Position numbers and translations under genes: made by a program. Below are positions 27,491 to 38,222 of a stretch of DNA of 64,000 bases, piece after piece. The notes beneath the pieces were generated by a model, which did no database searches, was not told where the DNA came from, and saw only the letters and a list, made by a program, of their open reading frames with translations. Source of the stretch: an uncultured Bacteroidota bacterium (GTDB taxonomy: Bacteria; Bacteroidota; Ignavibacteria; UBA10030; UBA6906); contig CAVOYH010000004.1 in assembly GCA_963700635.1 (NCBI GenBank), forward strand, positions 672,001 through 736,000, read 5' to 3'. Positions within the stretch are counted from its first letter, which is position 1. Each line of letters starts with the position of its first letter.

Positions 27491-28648
27491 ATGCGCATCC
27501 CAATCCTGCTTTGCGGTTTTTTTCTGGCATTCAGCCTGCCCTGCACCGGCCAGTCCGATCTTGTTGTCACCGTCGTCAATCCGGGTGATTTTTTAAGGCA
27601 GGAGGAGACCATTGTCGTGCCCTGGGCGAGTATTCTGGCGAAAGCGCCTGCGTTGGCGCCCGCAGCAGTCTCGGTCTGGGACACGGAGGGCGAGATCCCC
27701 TGCCAGGTTATTGATGCCGACGCTGACGGGGTACCGGAGGAGTTCCTGTTTCAATCAGGATTTGCCGCGCATGAACGGAAACACTTTACGATAAGAGCAC
27801 ATTCGCCCCGGACCGTCTTTCCCGCACGGGTGGATGCGCGCTTCGTCCTCCCGCGCGAAGACCTTGCCTGGGAGAACGACCGTATTGCGTTCCGCGTGTA
27901 CGGTCCGGCCCTGGCCGGAGAGGTCCTCAACGGAATCGACGTGTGGACCAAACGTGTCCGCTCACTCATCGTGCAGAAATGGTACGAAAAAAGCCAGGCC
28001 GCCGCGCCGGGGAGCGACACCTATCACGTTGATCATGGAGAAGGTGCGGACTTTTTCAGCGTGGGGAAGAGTCTTGGAGCAGGTGCAAGCGGACTCTGGA
28101 AGAATGGAACGCTCCACCAGCCCGGCGTGTTTTCGTCGTACCGTATCCTGGCAAACGGGCCGATCCGGGCGATGTTCCGCCTTGTCTATGACGGCGGCGA
28201 GATTGAGGGAGCGCCGTTTTCTCTGGAGCAGACCGTGAGTCTGGATGCCGGGCAGAATCTTAACCGGATTGATGTGGTGTATTCCGCTCCCATCGATACG
28301 CTTGTTGTCGCTGCCGGCCTCGTGAGCCGGAAGAATGTGCTCTGCACGTCGGATCCCGAGCGGGGGTGGATGGCGCTCTGGGGCCCGGTCAACGATGAAC
28401 CGGTGAATGAATTCCTCGGAACCGGCATCGTCATGCCGGCATCCATTCGGCGGACGCCCGTCGAACAGGAAAACCAGCATCTCCTTCTGGGATCATCGCG
28501 GAGCAATGAGCGGTTGACGTATTACGCGGGCGCGGGTTGGACACGGAGCGGGGATTTTAGAGATCGGAAGGAGTGGGAGGCAACGCTGGCCGGTTGGGCA
28601 CATCGCCTGAGTTACCCCTTGATCGTTACGGCAGGATCTGTCCGATAG
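27491..28648 (+). CDS. DUF4861-family secreted protein
   Basis: DLAWENDRIAFRVYG, GIDVWTK, YHVDHGEG.DFFSVGKSLG.G. Confidence 0.88.
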   Translation: MRIPILLCGFFLAFSLPCTGQSDLVVTVVNPGDFLRQEETIVVPWASILAKAPALAPAAVSVWDTEGEIPCQVIDADADGVPEEFLFQSGFAAHERKHFTIRAHSPRTVFPARVDARFVLPREDLAWENDRIAFRVYGPALAGEVLNGIDVWTKRVRSLIVQKWYEKSQAAAPGSDTYHVDHGEGADFFSVGKSLGAGASGLWKNGTLHQPGVFSSYRILANGPIRAMFRLVYDGGEIEGAPFSLEQTVSLDAGQNLNRIDVVYSAPIDTLVVAAGLVSRKNVLCTSDPERGWMALWGPVNDEPVNEFLGTGIVMPASIRRTPVEQENQHLLLGSSRSNERLTYYAGAGWTRSGDFRDRKEWEATLAGWAHRLSYPLIVTAGSVR

Positions 28649-28768
28649 AACAGGATCCTTCCGTCATCGACTCCTGCTGTCCGCCGGTGTGGTTTATCTG
28701 TGCACACGCCGGACTGCAGGATTCATATCGTACAATGTTCCATTGACAATCGTAGAGGAGTGAGCCTT

Positions 28769-29602
28769 ATGGATATCCGATATTCAACCGATCCTGCTGC
28801 GTTCAGGACGATGACCTCCGCGCAGCTGCGGGAATCTTTTCTTCTGGAAATGCTTTTTGTCTCCGACGCCGTTCCCATGGTGTATTCGGACATTGATCGT
28901 TCGATAACCGGCTCTGCTGTCCCGGTTCAAAAGGAACTTCCGCTGCTCGCGAGCAAGAAGGAAATGGCTGCGGAACACTTTGCCGAGCGGCGCGAAATCG
29001 GAATTATTAATATTGGTAATCCGGGCACGATTACGGTCGACGGGAAGAGCATTCCCATGGTGCACCGGGATGGATTGTATGTTGGGCGGGGAACAAAAGA
29101 GATTCTCTTTTCCAGCAAGGACGCGGCGCATCCGGCACGGTTCTACTTCGTGAGTTATCCGGCACACAAGAGCCATCCCATCGCACACATCCGGTTCGGA
29201 GATGTGGAGCGGGTCCAGATAGGATCACAAAAAGATGCCAACCGGCGGACAATTTACAAATACATCCATCCCCGCGGGGCTGCCAGCTGCCAGCTGGTCA
29301 TGGGGCTGACGGAGCTCGAAGAGGGAAGTGTCTGGAACACGATGCCCCCGCATACACATCAGCGGCGCTCGGAGGTCTACATGTATTTCAACATGCTTTC
29401 CGAAGGAGTCGTGTTCCATATGATGGGGACTCCCGCAGAAACAAAACACATCGTCATGCGCAATGAGCAGGCTATTCTCTCTCCGAGCTGGTCCATCCAT
29501 GCAGGCGTCGCAACGCAGGCCTACTCCTTCATCTGGTCCATGGGCGGAGAGAACCAGGTGTTTGATGACATGGATGGTGTAAGTCTGGCGAATCTGGGAT
29601 AA
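28769..29602 (+). CDS. kduI: 5-dehydro-4-deoxy-D-glucuronate isomerase
   Basis: RREIGIINIG, SCQLVMGLT, WNTMPPHTH.RRSEVY, SPSWSIHAG, MGGENQ; GAGGAG RBS. Confidence 0.96.
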   Translation: MDIRYSTDPAAFRTMTSAQLRESFLLEMLFVSDAVPMVYSDIDRSITGSAVPVQKELPLLASKKEMAAEHFAERREIGIINIGNPGTITVDGKSIPMVHRDGLYVGRGTKEILFSSKDAAHPARFYFVSYPAHKSHPIAHIRFGDVERVQIGSQKDANRRTIYKYIHPRGAASCQLVMGLTELEEGSVWNTMPPHTHQRRSEVYMYFNMLSEGVVFHMMGTPAETKHIVMRNEQAILSPSWSIHAGVATQAYSFIWSMGGENQVFDDMDGVSLANLG

Positions 29603-29697
29603 GATAAAGGCTCCTAACACTACGCCAGAGACGCGTATATTTTCGTAAGGGCAGGCAGGGGGAAGAAGAGTCACGAAAACGACATCAGGAGACAGGA

Positions 29698-30783
29698 ATG
29701 GCACTGCAGATAAAGACTTCGCAAGAAACGGAATATGATGTTCTCACGCTTGGTGAATGTATGGTGCGGTTGAGCCCCCCCGGACATCAGCGGATCGAGC
29801 TGACGCCCGTGCTGGAAGTGTACGCGGGTGGGGGCGAATACAATGTCTCCTATGCTCTGGCGCGGTACGGATTGCGGACAGGCTGGATATCCCGTCTTGT
29901 AGATAATCCCGTGGGGCATATCATCAAGAATCACGCCCGCGCCAGCGGCATGGACATCAGCGAGGTGATCTGGGTTCCGTATGATGGCGTGGGACGGGCG
30001 GATCGGGTCGGGATAAATTTTACGGAGGTGGGTATCGGCGTGCGGGCCAGCGTCACGCTGTATGATCGTGGCCATACGGCGGTTGCGCATATGAAGCGGG
30101 GGGACGTGGACTGGAAGCGCGTGTTCTCGAAGCGGGGAGCACGATGGTTCCATACCGGAGGGATCTTCACGGCGCTGAGCGACTCCTGCGCCGATGTTGC
30201 GATGGAAGCCATGCAAGCCGCCCATGATGCCGGAACCATCGTCAGTTACGATCTGAACTTCCGCAGCAAACTCTGGCCGAGCAAGAAGGCCATCGAGGTG
30301 ACAAAGAAGCTGGTACCGTACATCGACGTGCTGATCGGCAACGAAGAAGACTTCCAGAAAGTGCTGGGGTTCGACGTTGAAGGAACGGACGAACACCTCC
30401 AGAAACTCCCCGTCGAAGGATATAAGAAGATGGTAGAGCGTGTGGTGGCAACGTATCCGCATGTTCGTGCCGTGGGGACCACCCTGCGCGAGGTGGTGAG
30501 CGGACTTGTGAACAACTGGTCGGCGATTATGTATTATGACGGACAGTTCTACAGCTCGCGCCGGTACGAACATCTTGAGATCGAGGACCGGGTCGGTGGA
30601 GGAGACGGATTTTGCAGCGGATTTGTGTACGGACTCCTTCACGGAAAGAACGCCCAGGAGTGCGTGGATATGGGGGCGGCGCATGGCGCTCTCCTGCAGA
30701 GCACGCGCGGTGACACAAGCATGGTGACCATGGAGGAATTAACACACGTGATGGCCGGGGGCAGTGCACGTATCAAACGATAA
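29698..30783 (+). CDS. kdgK: 2-dehydro-3-deoxygluconokinase (PfkB family)
   Basis: GGGEYNV, SYDLNFRSKLW, GNEED, DRVGGGDGF; pathway context. Confidence 0.9.
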   Translation: MALQIKTSQETEYDVLTLGECMVRLSPPGHQRIELTPVLEVYAGGGEYNVSYALARYGLRTGWISRLVDNPVGHIIKNHARASGMDISEVIWVPYDGVGRADRVGINFTEVGIGVRASVTLYDRGHTAVAHMKRGDVDWKRVFSKRGARWFHTGGIFTALSDSCADVAMEAMQAAHDAGTIVSYDLNFRSKLWPSKKAIEVTKKLVPYIDVLIGNEEDFQKVLGFDVEGTDEHLQKLPVEGYKKMVERVVATYPHVRAVGTTLREVVSGLVNNWSAIMYYDGQFYSSRRYEHLEIEDRVGGGDGFCSGFVYGLLHGKNAQECVDMGAAHGALLQSTRGDTSMVTMEELTHVMAGGSARIKR

Positions 30784-30846
30784 CAGCCTGATGTCTCCCC
30801 AGGATTATGTGACACTCATGGACAAACGAAAGCAGGTGGTCACGGG

Positions 30847-32334
30847 ATGAATTTTGGCACTGTGGATTGGATTATCGTCGTGTTGTACCTGGCTGCAAGT
30901 GTGAGTGTGGGGGTGTGGGCGCGGAAATATGTGGAAAACCTGGCAGGCTATATGGTCGCCGGCAGGCGGGTGAAGGTCTCGCTCGGCATTGCGACCTTCG
31001 TGGCAACGGAACTGGGCACCGTTACGTTTGTCTATTTCGGAGAGCTCGGCTATGTCTCAGGTTTTGCCTGCTTCCTCATCGGTATTGTCTCGCTTGTTGC
31101 CTACACATTTGTCGGCAAGACCGGTTTTTTGATATCGGGACTCCGCAAATACAACGTCATGACGATTCCCGAGTTCTACGAATTGCGGTATTCCCGCTCC
31201 GTCCGGCTGATCGGAGGAATTGTCCTGTTTCTCGGAGGCGTCCTGAACATGGGGATCTTCCTGAAGTTCGACGGGATTTTCCTCACGGAAGTGATGGGCT
31301 TCGGTCCGGAAGCGCTTGCCATCATTATGACGGTCATGCTCCTGGTTGTCGTGCTGTACACCATCCTCGGCGGAATGTTCTCCATTGTGATCACGGATTT
31401 TATGCAGTTTGTGGTTCTAACGTTCGGGATGTTTGTGGCGACGGTCGCGGTGTTATGGAATGTTGGTCTTGTGGAAATCTCCACGGCAGTTGAGCAGACG
31501 CTCGGACCGGCGGGGTTTGATCCGGTGGTCAATCCGCGGTTCGGCTGGACCTTCATCGTCTGGCTCCTGATAAGCAGCATCGGGGCGGGTGCTCTCTGGC
31601 AGCCGGGAACATCAAAGGCGCTTGCTTCAGAGAGTCCGGCCGTGGCGAAAAAGGTCTTCTTTTTCACCGGATTGACGTTTGCGGGGAGGGCCATGATTCC
31701 GATGTTCTGGGGGATTGCGGCCCTGGCGTATTTTGGTCCGGGTCAGGACTCCGCTGCAGCGATGCCGCGCCTGCTGGGTCTCGTTGTCCCCAGAGGGTTC
31801 CTGGGACTTCTGGTCGCCGGTATGCTCGCGGCTTCGATGTCCACCTACAGCGCATACCTGCTTGCATGGAGTTCTGTGTTCGCACGTGATATCCTGGCGT
31901 GCACGCGGAAGGTGGATTTTTCGGAGAGAGCAACCGTCCGCATTATCCGTATTACCGCAGGGGTGATCGGAATGTTTCTCCTGGTGTTTGGTCTCCTGTA
32001 CACGATCCCGGATACGGCATACCAGTATCTCCTCCTCACAGGCGCCATGTACACGGCTGGAGCGTTGGGTACGGTCGCGGCAGGCTTGTACTGGTCCCGG
32101 GCAAACAACGTCGGTGCATATGCTGCGCTTATTATGGGGGCTATCGGACCCGCGGGGTTCCTCGTGCTTGAGAAATCCCGTGATGTCCTCCCCGGGTGGA
32201 TTCTGTTTGTCACGGATGTGAACATTGCGGGGTTGTTGAGCTTCGCTCTCGCTGCACTCGGCATGATCGCGGGGTCGCTTGTCAGCACCCGCATCTCGCC
32301 CCCACGCCCCCTGCCATCGGAGATTCCCGCATGA
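30847..32334 (+). CDS. Sodium:solute symporter (SSS family)
   Basis: DWIIVVLYL, YMVAGR, TIPEFYELRY, YTILGGM..TDFMQ, LAASMST. Confidence 0.93.
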   Translation: MNFGTVDWIIVVLYLAASVSVGVWARKYVENLAGYMVAGRRVKVSLGIATFVATELGTVTFVYFGELGYVSGFACFLIGIVSLVAYTFVGKTGFLISGLRKYNVMTIPEFYELRYSRSVRLIGGIVLFLGGVLNMGIFLKFDGIFLTEVMGFGPEALAIIMTVMLLVVVLYTILGGMFSIVITDFMQFVVLTFGMFVATVAVLWNVGLVEISTAVEQTLGPAGFDPVVNPRFGWTFIVWLLISSIGAGALWQPGTSKALASESPAVAKKVFFFTGLTFAGRAMIPMFWGIAALAYFGPGQDSAAAMPRLLGLVVPRGFLGLLVAGMLAASMSTYSAYLLAWSSVFARDILACTRKVDFSERATVRIIRITAGVIGMFLLVFGLLYTIPDTAYQYLLLTGAMYTAGALGTVAAGLYWSRANNVGAYAALIMGAIGPAGFLVLEKSRDVLPGWILFVTDVNIAGLLSFALAALGMIAGSLVSTRISPPRPLPSEIPA

Positions 32335-32471
32335 ATACAGCAAGCGTCATCTGGCTCCTGATCCTCGCCCTTTCGGCGGTCACATTTTTTTTCGTTGCAG
32401 CGATCGTGGCGGTAAAAGGCGTAAGCGATTTGCGGGATCTCCTCGGCGGCATGAAGAAGCGCGGCGAGTGA
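32331..32471 (+). CDS. Small single-pass membrane protein (46 aa)
   Basis: MNTASVIWLLILALSAVTFFFVAAIVAVKGVSDLRDLL; ATGA overlap with the SSS stop; GGAG RBS. Confidence 0.75.
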   Translation: MNTASVIWLLILALSAVTFFFVAAIVAVKGVSDLRDLLGGMKKRGE

Positions 32472-32481
32472 GACGCCTTCC

Positions 32482-32510
32482 TTGCTTCTCTCGAGCATTC
32501 TCGCTACTTT
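32482..32510 (+). promoter_or_regulatory. sigma70-like promoter for lysS
   Basis: TTGCTT-N17-TACTTT. Confidence 0.55.
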
Positions 32511-32552
32511 ATTTTTTTTACAAGCTCGATCCCTTCCTCTTTGGAGACTACC

Positions 32553-34067
32553 GTGACAGATCCGTTACACGACGCTGAAGATCTGAATACCCTCATGCTA
32601 CGCCGCCGGGAAGAGCTCGAAGAGCTCCAGCGCCGCGGGATCCAGCCATACCCCCACGCCTTTGATCGTAACACGTATTCCGCCGATATCAAGACCGCCT
32701 TCAGGGATGACGAGCCCCCGCGGGACGTGTCCGTGGCAGGCCGGATCATGTCCCTGCGCCGCATGGGGAAGGCATCGTTCTGCCATCTCGAAGATTCGCG
32801 CGGCAGGATTCAGGTCTACCTCAAGAAAGATGAACTCGGTGAGGTGTACGACGCCTTCCGCCTCATGGATATCGGAGACATTGTCGGGGTGGAAGGATTT
32901 GTATTCAAAACAAAGACCGGTGAAGTGTCCGTTCATGCCCGCACACTGGTGCTGCTCTCAAAATCCCTTCGCCCTATTCCAACACCGAAGGAAAAGATTG
33001 ACGAGCAGGGGAACAAGACCGTCTATGATCCGTTCTCGGACAAGGAACTTCGGTACCGGCAACGGTATGTGGACCTGGTGGTGAATCCTCACGTCCGTGA
33101 GGTCTTCGTGAAGCGCGCCCGGATTATCACCGCTGTTCGTGCGTTTCTGGACACGAGGGGTTTTCTGGAGGTGGAGACCCCGATCCTGCAGCCCCAGTAT
33201 GGAGGGGCATTCGCGCGCCCCTTCGTCACACATCATAATGCTCTTGATATCGACCTGTTCCTTCGCATAGCCGACGAGTTGTACCTGAAAAGGCTGATCG
33301 TCGGCGGATTTGATGGCGTCTACGAAATCTCAAAGGATTTCCGGAATGAAGGAATGGACAAGTCGCACAATCCTGAATTCACCATGCTGGAAGTCTATGC
33401 CGCGTACCGGGACTATGTCTGGATGATGGGAATGGTCGAAGAGATGATGGCCGAGGTGGCTCAAACGGTGAACGGGTCACCGCGGGTGACGACAGGCAAG
33501 ACCGTGATCGACTTCTCGCCTCCCTGGAAACGGCTCAGTATGTTCGAAGCGATCCGCATTCACACGGGGCTGGATCTCCGGGGAAAACCGGAGGCCGATC
33601 TGCGAAGCGCGGCGAAGGAGCTGCATGTGGAGCTCGCCCCATCGGACGGGGTGGGCCGGATCATTGATGAGATCTTCAGCGAAAAGGTCGAACACCATCT
33701 GATCCAGCCGACATTTATCACGGACTATCCCGTGGAAATGTCGCCGCTCGCGAAACGGCACAGGAGCGAAGCCGGACTCGTGGAACGGTTTGAGGCCATC
33801 TGCAACGGGCAGGAGATCTGTAACGCATTCACGGAATTGAATGACCCCCTGGACCAGCGCGCACGGTTCGAGGAGCAGATGCGGGCAAAGGTCCGCGGCG
33901 AAGTGGAAGTCCAGCCTCTTGACGAGGACTTCTTGCGGGCACTGGAGTATGGCATGCCGCCCACGGCCGGGCTGGGAGTCGGCATTGACAGAATTACGAT
34001 GCTGCTGACGGGCCAGGAATCCATCCGCGACGTTATGTTCTTTCCCCAAATGAAGCCGGAACAATGA
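32553..34067 (+). CDS. lysS: Lysine--tRNA ligase (class II)
   Basis: [37 protein letters not shown]; GTG start after GGAG. Confidence 0.98.
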   Translation: MTDPLHDAEDLNTLMLRRREELEELQRRGIQPYPHAFDRNTYSADIKTAFRDDEPPRDVSVAGRIMSLRRMGKASFCHLEDSRGRIQVYLKKDELGEVYDAFRLMDIGDIVGVEGFVFKTKTGEVSVHARTLVLLSKSLRPIPTPKEKIDEQGNKTVYDPFSDKELRYRQRYVDLVVNPHVREVFVKRARIITAVRAFLDTRGFLEVETPILQPQYGGAFARPFVTHHNALDIDLFLRIADELYLKRLIVGGFDGVYEISKDFRNEGMDKSHNPEFTMLEVYAAYRDYVWMMGMVEEMMAEVAQTVNGSPRVTTGKTVIDFSPPWKRLSMFEAIRIHTGLDLRGKPEADLRSAAKELHVELAPSDGVGRIIDEIFSEKVEHHLIQPTFITDYPVEMSPLAKRHRSEAGLVERFEAICNGQEICNAFTELNDPLDQRARFEEQMRAKVRGEVEVQPLDEDFLRALEYGMPPTAGLGVGIDRITMLLTGQESIRDVMFFPQMKPEQ

Positions 34068-36577
34068 GATCTCTCCTACTCCTTCTGGTATGGATCGGGT
34101 GCGCCCTGACCCTTTACGCCGGAACCAATGGGATACTCGAGGGAACCGTCACGGATGTCCGGACCGGAGAGGCCCTGCCCGGCGTAAATGTCATGATCGT
34201 CGGGCTTCAGCGCGGCGCCGCCACCGATACCGATGGGTTTTTCCTGATGCAGAATGTGCGCGCGGGACGGTATGACGTGCGCTTCACCCATATCGGATAC
34301 CGGACCTCGGTCATCAAGGGCGTAAGCGTAAACCCCGATCTCCGGACGCGGCTGCAGGTCCGGCTTGACCCTTCCGATGTGACGCTTGATGAAATTGTCA
34401 TCGTCCAGGAAAAACCGCTCATCCAGCGGGATGTAACCGGAACGACGTACGTCCTCTCGGCTGATGAGACCAACCTCCTTCCGCTCGACAATGTCGTGGA
34501 TGCCATCCGGATCAAGCCCGGCGTTACTGCGGAAGGGAACATCCGCGGGGGCAAGATCACGGAGGTTCTGTATCTTGTGGATGGCCTGCCTGTCCAGGAT
34601 GTGCTCACCGGAGGCCTGTCTGCCAAGCTGCCCAACAGCTCGATCACCGGTATGAGTATCTATACCGGGGGGTTTGAGGCGGAATATGGCAACGCTCTAT
34701 CCGGCGTCGTGAATGTTGTGACCCGGACGGGAACTGACAACCACAGATTTTCCGTGCGGGCTGACAACGATCACCTTGCAGGGGGCACGCAGACCAGCAG
34801 GGCTACCGAATTTGAAATCTCAGGCGCCGGCCCGGTCATGGATTCAAAACTTTACTACCTTGTCGCCGTGCAGGGGCTGTTTAGTGACACACGCTGGTGG
34901 CAGGATTTTCAGTTTGCGGTCGCGAGCCCTGTGGAAAAGACGATCAATGGTTTTGCAAAGCTGGACTACCTGTTCACTCCCACAATCCGCCTGAGCGCCC
35001 AGATTTTGTTGTCGGACCATCTGTGGCACGACTATGAATTCCCATGGCGCTTTAATCTCGGCGGATTGCCCCAGCAACGGCGCACGTCGCATCGGCTGGC
35101 GGTGATGCTCTCCCATTCAGTCTCAGACGGGTTCTTTTACACCGCAAGCCTGAGCCGGTATCATGTACGATCGCGGATCGGTGAAGGTGCGAAAGAAGCA
35201 CTTCCCGTGAACGACCCGTACCAGTACGATTTTTTCCTGCGGTACGTTGTGGATGGGTACCGGTCGTGGTGGAATCGTTCAACCCAGGAGACCTATACCG
35301 GACGTTTTGACGGGACCTTCAAGGTGAACAAGGACCACCTCGTCAAGTTCGGCGGTGAGCTGAACCTCTATCATCTGAACTCCGATGTGGTCAGATACGA
35401 ACCACGGTTGACCTACTTTGGCAAACCCCTGGTCAATGAACCACAGCTCAATTTTAGTTCTGCGTTTTCCTACCGTCCGAGCTCGGGCTCGCTGTATATC
35501 CAGTCCAAGACGGACGTCCCGTCGGAGGGTGTCCTGCTGAACGCGGGTCTCCGGTACGACTTCCTTGCGCCCACGGCGGAGCGTCCGCGGATCGAAGCCA
35601 TACCTCTTTCGGATACCGCCTACACATTCCGGCTGGCAGGCAGTGTTCCGGCTACCTTCAAACACCAGATTAGTCCCCGTTTCGGGGCGGCCATGCAGTT
35701 TGCCGAAAGAGGATACCTGTTTGTGAATATCGGGTGGTACTTTCAGTACCCGCTCTTTGAGTACCTCTACACCGGTCTGGACCGGGTTGCCCTCGCGCGG
35801 GGTATCAGCGCCATTACCGGAAATCCTGATCTGGAACCGGAACGGACAAAGGTGTGGGAGCTGGCCCTCAAGTACACGTTTCCGCAGGACGTGGTGGCAA
35901 GCGTCACCTATTTCAGGAAAGAAAGCACCAACCTCATTGACACCAAGACGTTTATTCCCGGTGACTCAAAACTTGCCGGCGGGTTCGGGTTTGCAGAATA
36001 TGTGAACAATCCCTATGGTCTTACGCGGGGACTTGAACTACTGTTCACGCGCGACCGCGGGGAGTGGGTAAAAGGCGAAGTCTCCTATACGTACATGATT
36101 ACCGAAGGAGTCAGCGGGAGTTCTTCGGACGGCTTCTACGTCGCGCAGTATGGCCTTCCCCCCGGGCAGAGAGTCTATCCGCTCAGCTGGGACCAACGCC
36201 ATACCGTCAAGGCCATTCTCATCATCACACCCTGGTCCGACATGACCGTTACGTCCGTGACAGAATGGCATTCGGGGCGGCCGTATACAAATTACCCGAC
36301 GAGCACCGGATTCGAGAAGATCAATGGCGGGGTATTTTATCAGAATAATGCCCGCATGCCGGCCTATACGAATGTTGATCTCAGAGCAGAACAGTTGTTC
36401 CGGCCTTCATGGTGGGCGGGGTCAGTCCTGACGGTGTACCTGGACTGCCGGAATGTTTTGAACGGGAAGAATGTAAAATGGATGGACTCGAACGGGAGGA
36501 TCGGGGGCGAACTGTATGATCCGTCAGGCTACTATATCGGACGGCGTACGAGTCTCGGCGCGAAAGTGGAATTCTAG
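34064..36577 (+). CDS. TonB-dependent receptor with an N-terminal carboxypeptidase-regulatory-like domain
   Basis: [38 protein letters not shown]; terminal Phe. Confidence 0.92.
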   Translation: MRSLLLLLVWIGCALTLYAGTNGILEGTVTDVRTGEALPGVNVMIVGLQRGAATDTDGFFLMQNVRAGRYDVRFTHIGYRTSVIKGVSVNPDLRTRLQVRLDPSDVTLDEIVIVQEKPLIQRDVTGTTYVLSADETNLLPLDNVVDAIRIKPGVTAEGNIRGGKITEVLYLVDGLPVQDVLTGGLSAKLPNSSITGMSIYTGGFEAEYGNALSGVVNVVTRTGTDNHRFSVRADNDHLAGGTQTSRATEFEISGAGPVMDSKLYYLVAVQGLFSDTRWWQDFQFAVASPVEKTINGFAKLDYLFTPTIRLSAQILLSDHLWHDYEFPWRFNLGGLPQQRRTSHRLAVMLSHSVSDGFFYTASLSRYHVRSRIGEGAKEALPVNDPYQYDFFLRYVVDGYRSWWNRSTQETYTGRFDGTFKVNKDHLVKFGGELNLYHLNSDVVRYEPRLTYFGKPLVNEPQLNFSSAFSYRPSSGSLYIQSKTDVPSEGVLLNAGLRYDFLAPTAERPRIEAIPLSDTAYTFRLAGSVPATFKHQISPRFGAAMQFAERGYLFVNIGWYFQYPLFEYLYTGLDRVALARGISAITGNPDLEPERTKVWELALKYTFPQDVVASVTYFRKESTNLIDTKTFIPGDSKLAGGFGFAEYVNNPYGLTRGLELLFTRDRGEWVKGEVSYTYMITEGVSGSSSDGFYVAQYGLPPGQRVYPLSWDQRHTVKAILIITPWSDMTVTSVTEWHSGRPYTNYPTSTGFEKINGGVFYQNNARMPAYTNVDLRAEQLFRPSWWAGSVLTVYLDCRNVLNGKNVKWMDSNGRIGGELYDPSGYYIGRRTSLGAKVEF

Positions 36578-36578
36578 A

Positions 36579-37193
36579 ATGAAAACAATCGGAATCCGAA
36601 CGGTTCTTCTTCTCTGCGGTGCCCTCACCCTGTGGAGTTGTGATGAGAGCCTCCCCCCACGGGTAGATCCGGAGGTCGTGCTTGTGCCGTCCATGGCTCT
36701 ATCCGGAAACATCATACGCGTCGAAGAGGGCACGGTCACAAGCGGCGGGAATCTCGTGCTCTCGATGCGCAACGTCTATGACGAAGTGCTCTCTGAGAAT
36801 TCCCTCCTGAGGGCGAATGTGATACTCCGGCTCCGCGAGTATCCTGACTCGGTGCGCACGCTGGTCTATGGCTATAGTGACCTCCTCACACAGGGAGTCC
36901 TTGTCGGAAAAACGTTGACCCTTGCGGTTCAGGGAACGGCTGAATTTGTCCAGCCGTGGGATCACCGGACCCCTGCCGGCACCGCCTGGTGGGAGCTGGG
37001 GATGCACTACCATACCCTCTATACTGACAAGGGCGAACGCTATTATCAGTCGGATTCGCTTCACCTGATTGTCAACGCGTCCCTTCAGATTTTCGAACGG
37101 GTTCAGGCAGCCAAGCTCCCACCCCATGAATTTGTGATAATCTATCAATTGTGGAGGATGACCCCGCCAACACGTTTTGATCCCTCCGAATGA
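36579..37193 (+). CDS. Hypothetical lipoprotein
   Basis: Leader with lipobox LWSC; starts 1 nt after the TBDR stop. Confidence 0.72.
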   Translation: MKTIGIRTVLLLCGALTLWSCDESLPPRVDPEVVLVPSMALSGNIIRVEEGTVTSGGNLVLSMRNVYDEVLSENSLLRANVILRLREYPDSVRTLVYGYSDLLTQGVLVGKTLTLAVQGTAEFVQPWDHRTPAGTAWWELGMHYHTLYTDKGERYYQSDSLHLIVNASLQIFERVQAAKLPPHEFVIIYQLWRMTPPTRFDPSE

Positions 37194-37405
37194 CCTCCGG
37201 CCGCCTTTCTTTTCTCAGCATCAAAAACCCGCTGGCCCTTCCCGGCATAGAAGGGGAATGCTCCGGGCAGAGTCCGGCCGAATGGAGTACTATAGAGTGA
37301 GCCGGCTGACTTTAATGGAGGCAATGGTATGGAAATCGTTTCTATATATGATGTTACAGAGATGTATCTCAAGGTAATTCTGTTCCTGATACGGCCAACG
37401 ACTGC

Positions 37406-38146
37406 ATGACGAAAACAAAAATCGTGTACAGTATTATCGTACCTGCGCTTGACGAGGAGAAGCTTCTGGAAAGGATGCTGGATCAGTTTACCCCCGATCT
37501 GGCTACCCGGTACGGCATCGAGGTGATCGTGAGTGATGGGGGGAGCCACGACCGGACTCTCTCCATTGCAGAAGCAGGTGCCGACCGTGTTGTAAGAAAT
37601 GAACCCTACGTGAAGCAGACGATTTCGATGGGCAGGAATGCGGGAGCACAGGCCGCCCTCGGCGACGTGTTCATTTTCCTGAATGCGGATACGTTTATTC
37701 AGGACCCTCCCTATTTTTTCAGGAGAATTGCCGAAGAGCTTCCGGCGCCGGATATCGTCGCGCTGACAGGCAGCGTGGCCGTCTACCCTGAGGAGGAACG
37801 AAGGATCGACCGCTGGTTCCACGGGTTTTACAACTGGTTCTTCTTCATGATGAACCGCGTGGGTATGGGAATGGGGCGCGGGGAGTGCCATGTAATCCGC
37901 CGGAGTGTGTTCGAAGAGCTGCACGGTTATACCAGCCGTCTTGCGGCAGGCGAGGACTATGACATGTTCCGGCGACTGGGACGGCACGGTCGCGTGAAGT
38001 TCCTCCGCGATGTTGTCGTGTACGAATCTCCACGTCGATATCGCCGGTATGGATACGCTTATGTCACTGCATCATGGTTTCTCAACTTTCTCGCCATTTT
38101 CTTCCTCCGGAGGTCGATTATGGACGAATGGAAGCCCGTTCGGTGA
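37406..38146 (+). CDS. Glycosyltransferase family 2
   Basis: SIIVPALDEE, DGGSHD, GRNAGA, FLNADT, GEDYD, SPRR. Confidence 0.92.
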   Translation: MTKTKIVYSIIVPALDEEKLLERMLDQFTPDLATRYGIEVIVSDGGSHDRTLSIAEAGADRVVRNEPYVKQTISMGRNAGAQAALGDVFIFLNADTFIQDPPYFFRRIAEELPAPDIVALTGSVAVYPEEERRIDRWFHGFYNWFFFMMNRVGMGMGRGECHVIRRSVFEELHGYTSRLAAGEDYDMFRRLGRHGRVKFLRDVVVYESPRRYRRYGYAYVTASWFLNFLAIFFLRRSIMDEWKPVR

Positions 38147-38150
38147 TGGT

Positions 38151-38179
38151 TTGACTTTGTGAGGGAAAATGGATAACAT
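38151..38179 (+). promoter_or_regulatory. sigma70-like promoter for the ctpA operon
   Basis: TTGACT-N17-TAACAT. Confidence 0.6.
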
Positions 38180-38222
38180 ATCGTGCAGATTTTTATTTTT
38201 CGGGTGAATAGGGAGCACGGGC

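Noticed and set aside
26470-27684. 404-aa antisense ORF
   Set aside because: Lies opposite GH88 and DUF4861, which have clear family motifs.
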